Of a DNA stretch of 64,000 nt, positions 60,483-64,000 are shown piece after piece (positions within the stretch are counted from its first letter, which is position 1; every line of letters starts with the position of its first letter). The notes under the pieces were generated by a model. The model was not told where the DNA came from. It saw only the letters and a list, made by a program, of their open reading frames with translations, and ran no database searches. Origin of the DNA: Mobula hypostoma (Eukaryota). The stretch is taken from assembly GCF_963921235.1 (NCBI RefSeq), contig NC_086097.1:133612001-133676000 (forward strand). Direction: 5' to 3'. Made by a program: the position numbers and the translations under genes.

Positions 60483-61670
60483 CTGGAGGACTGGAAAATT
60501 ACAATTGTTGCTCCACTCTTTCGGGGGCGGGGGGCTCCAGTTAGCCTGACTTCAGTGGTTGGGAAGATGTCAGGGTCCATTACTAAGGATGAGGTTTCAG
60601 GGTCCTTGGAGGCACATGATGAAGTATGGGTTCCTTTAGGGGAAGTCTTGCCTGACAAATTTGTTGGCATTCTTTTGAGGAAATAACAGGCAGAATAGAC
60701 AAAGGAGAGCCAGTGGATGCAGCTTATTTGGATTTTCAGAAAGCCTTTGACAAGGTGCTGCACGTGAAGCTGCTTAACAAGATAAGAGCCCAGGGTATTA
60801 CAGGAAAGACACTAGCATAGATAGAAGATTGACTGAATGACAGGAAGCAGAATGTCGGAACAAAGGGAGCCTGTTCTGGTAGGCAGCCAGTGACATGGTA
60901 TTCCACAGGGGTCGGTCTTGGGGCTGCTGCTTTTCACGTTGTATGTCGATGATCTGGATGATGGAATTGATGCCTTTGTGGCCAAGTTTGTAGACAATAC
61001 AAAGGCAGGTGGAGGGGCAGGTAATGTTGGGGAAGCAGAGAGTCTGTAGAAGGGCTTGGACAGATTGGGAGTCCTCGTGTATGACTGCCTAGAGATTAAC
61101 TTGCAGGTTAAATTAGTGGTGTGAAAGGCAAATGCAATGTTAACATCCATTTCAAAAGGACTAGAATATAAGAGCAAGGATGTGATACTGAGACTTGATA
61201 AGGCATTGGTCAGACCACACTTGGAATATTGTGAGCAGTTTTGGGCCCCATATCTAAGAAAAGACTTGCCAGCATTGGAGAGGGTCCAGAGGAGATTCAC
61301 GACAATGATTCCGGGAATGAAAGGATTAACATATGAGGAGTGCTTGATAGCTCCGGGCCTGTACTCACTGGCGTTTAGAAGAATGAGGGGAGATCTCATT
61401 TAGACCTATTGAATATTGAAAGGCCTAGACAGAGTGGATGTGGAAAAGATGTTTCCTGTAGTGGGTGAGTCAAGGAGCAGAGGGCACAACTTCAGAATAT
61501 TGGAACTTCCATTTAGAACAGAGATGAGATGGAATATCTTTAGCAAGAGGGTGGTGAATCTGTGGAATTCATTGCCATGGATGACTGTGGAGGCAAATCA
61601 TTGGATATATTTATAGCAGAAAGTAGTAGGTTATTGAATGGCCTAATTCAGCTCCTATGTCTTATCACCT
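60483..61670 (+). mobile_element. CR1 LINE RT relic with internal deletions
   Basis: EDWKITIVAPLF, YLDFQKAFDKV, KFVDNTK, ALVRPHLEYCEQFWAPYLRKD. Confidence 0.88.
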
Positions 61671-62209
61671 AATCAAATTCATAAAGATTTGGGTGTAGGA
61701 GGTTAGTGGCGCCAGTGCTAGATGGTTGTACAGAGACCAGACAGTATTCGCACGCTCATAGCTCAGGAAGGCTCCTCGGTTAGTATAGTAAGTTGGGCCA
61801 AAGGGCTTGTTTTTGTGGCATGTAGCTTTATAACTACATGAGTTATCAGGTAGTAGGGAATGGTCGTATTGAGTTCAGTGATAAAATATTGCATTCAGGT
61901 AGTTAAGATGTGGCTGAGAAGGTGGGGGGATTGAGAGAGAGAGAGAGTGGGAGAGAGAGGCAGGTGGATAATCTAATGGTTCTGGTGGCTGAAAAATCAT
62001 CTGTTGATTAAGTGTTGTCAGCAAGTACCTAACTGAGCAGCTGAGATTGGGAATCAGTTGGAGATGTCCTATCTGAGATTGCTTGATCTTTGATCAAAGA
62101 TGAATTTCTGTTCAGTGATCAAAATTATACAAGAAAGTAGGCCAAAAAAAGTATATAAAGTCCCCTTGTAGTGCCAAGAGTGTCAGAGTGAGTTGGTGAC
62201 TATGGCTGT

Positions 62210-62790
62210 ACAGGTCAGTCATTGAAACTGGTGCTGTGGACTTCAGGCTTCTATCCTTCCTGCCCAGTAGTACCTGTGAGAAGATGGCAAGGCCCAGGTG
62301 GTGGGCATCTTAGAGGACAGATGTTGCCTTGTTGAGGCAGTGCTTCCTGTAGATACTACCTGAGGTGGGGCGAGATGTGCCTTTGACTGAGACTATTACT
62401 CTCTGCAGTTTCTTGCATTTCTGCACATTTGAAATACTCCACCTGACCATGATGTGGCCAGTCAGGATACATTTTAACAGTACAACTGGAGAACTTTGTT
62501 AGAATGTTCAGTGACAAGTTGAAGCTCTTTAATCTTCTGAGAAAGTAAAGGTGCTGATGCTGATTCCTCGTGGTTGTATTTATGTGCTGGGATCATGGCA
62601 GGTCATCCTGTATGTTGATGCCAGGAATTTAAAGCTGTTGACTCTTCCCACCACTGATCCCCCAATGTAGACTGGCACATGTTGGCCTTCCTTCCCCTTC
62701 TGGAAGTCAACAATCAGCTAGTTGGTTTTCCTGAAGTTGAGTGAGAGGTCGTGGCAGTGGCTTCACTCTATGGATGTCTTATCTCACACT
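62210..62790 (-). mobile_element. Rex/Babar-type LINE relic
   Basis: Minus-strand LIVDFQK, VVGRVNSFKFL, TLTKFSSCTV-like segments. Confidence 0.65.
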
Positions 62791-64000
62791 TGGAGTCTCA
62801 GCACTCTCCCAAAACTTTACCCAGTTTGCAGCTTGATTTCACTGTGCACCACTTCAACAAAAAAAAAACTAGTGAACACATAAAAAAAACACACCCACAT
62901 CAAATGGGTTACCTTATTCCCATTCTAGAAACAGAAATGCTGGTATTTGAAATAATTTGGTAGCGTAATATGTTCAACACTGCTTTTGATTCTGTTGGCT
63001 TTGTCAAATCACACCAGGTGGCGTTGGAGCATAATCTCAACCTTGTTTCAGACTGTTGTGCACTTGACAGCCAAACTTAACTACACACCAGCCACATCGG
63101 CACTGAGGCTATGAGAACAGGTCAGAGGTTTGGTATCCTGAGACAAGTGTGTGAGATTTTTGCTGGCACCACCAGTCCATCCCAGCGTTAGCAATGCCAA
63201 ATCAGAAGCATGCTGGAACATCCTCCCCTTTCCTTGATCACCCTGAATGTTCATTCCCTCGAACAGTGTCCAGTGACAATTCATCCAGCCTATTCCATCC
63301 ACACCCCTCCTCCGTCAGACATTCACCCTCACCCTCTCTCACCAAGCGCAGTAGGCACAGGGGCACTTTGTTTCTACAAACATCCCCCCCCCCATCCTTA
63401 CCTAGACAGACTCAAGCTTCCTATTATCTTTCTCCCCTCCTCAGTCCTCCGATTCCTCTGACCCCGCTCTTACAGGTAATCTCCCCTCTCCACTTTCAGT
63501 CCTGACGCAGGGTTTTGATCCAAAATGTCAACAATTTCTTTCCCCCAACAGATTGATGCTCAACCCCTTAAGTCCTTAATGCAGTTCATTTGTTGAATCT
63601 CCACAGGTTCCTGTCCTTGTCTCACACCATCCTGATTGGGAAATTAGTCACCATTTCTTCATCGTCACCAAGTGCAATTGTTATTCTCTGATCTTTCCAA
63701 CAGCAATTTTAAGTCTGTTAATCTTTGTCAAGACATTTTCAACCAGCTAGTATCATGCTCCTAGCTCTTGGTTACATATCAGCTGAGATTGGGGATCAGC
63801 TGGAGAACTTGATCTGAGGTTGCTTAATTTTTGATCAAAGATGAATTTCTGTTTAGTGAACAAAATTATACAAGAAAGAACACAAGTAGAACAAAAAAAA
63901 GAGTCCAGCACTTTCTTTTAGATGAAGCATTAACATTCCTTCTCTAGTCATAGTCACCATTTTAACGAAGATTGAGGGAGGTTAGCTTTGGAGTCTTATC

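Overview
Eukaryotic, repeat-dense vertebrate DNA. The repeat set (Penelope-like elements, CR1, Rex/Babar, L1, RTE, V-SINE-type tRNA SINEs) suggests a cartilaginous fish; this is an inference. The one host gene seen is a plus-strand ZNF516-like C2H2 zinc-finger gene with two large coding exons (41483-43265 and 58662-60227) joined in frame across a 15.4-kb intron; further exons are expected outside the window. Most of the rest is transposon-derived. Notable items: (1) many Penelope-like element (PLE) copies and hairpin mini-derivatives carrying minimal hammerhead ribozyme (HHR) motifs, including a 2.6-kb palindromic insertion with a TSD; (2) a short Mag-like Gypsy element with no tRNA primer-binding site but a perfect 16-nt self-complement to its own LTR poly(A) region (candidate self-priming); (3) a very young Gmr1-like SCAN-gag LTR element in the intron; (4) a 61-bp minisatellite amplified inside a tRNA-SINE; (5) three-level LINE nesting; (6) a hAT relic and a matching 79-bp MITE; (7) short RTE derivatives. 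Family names come from recalled motifs, not database searches. Boundaries of old repeats are approximate.
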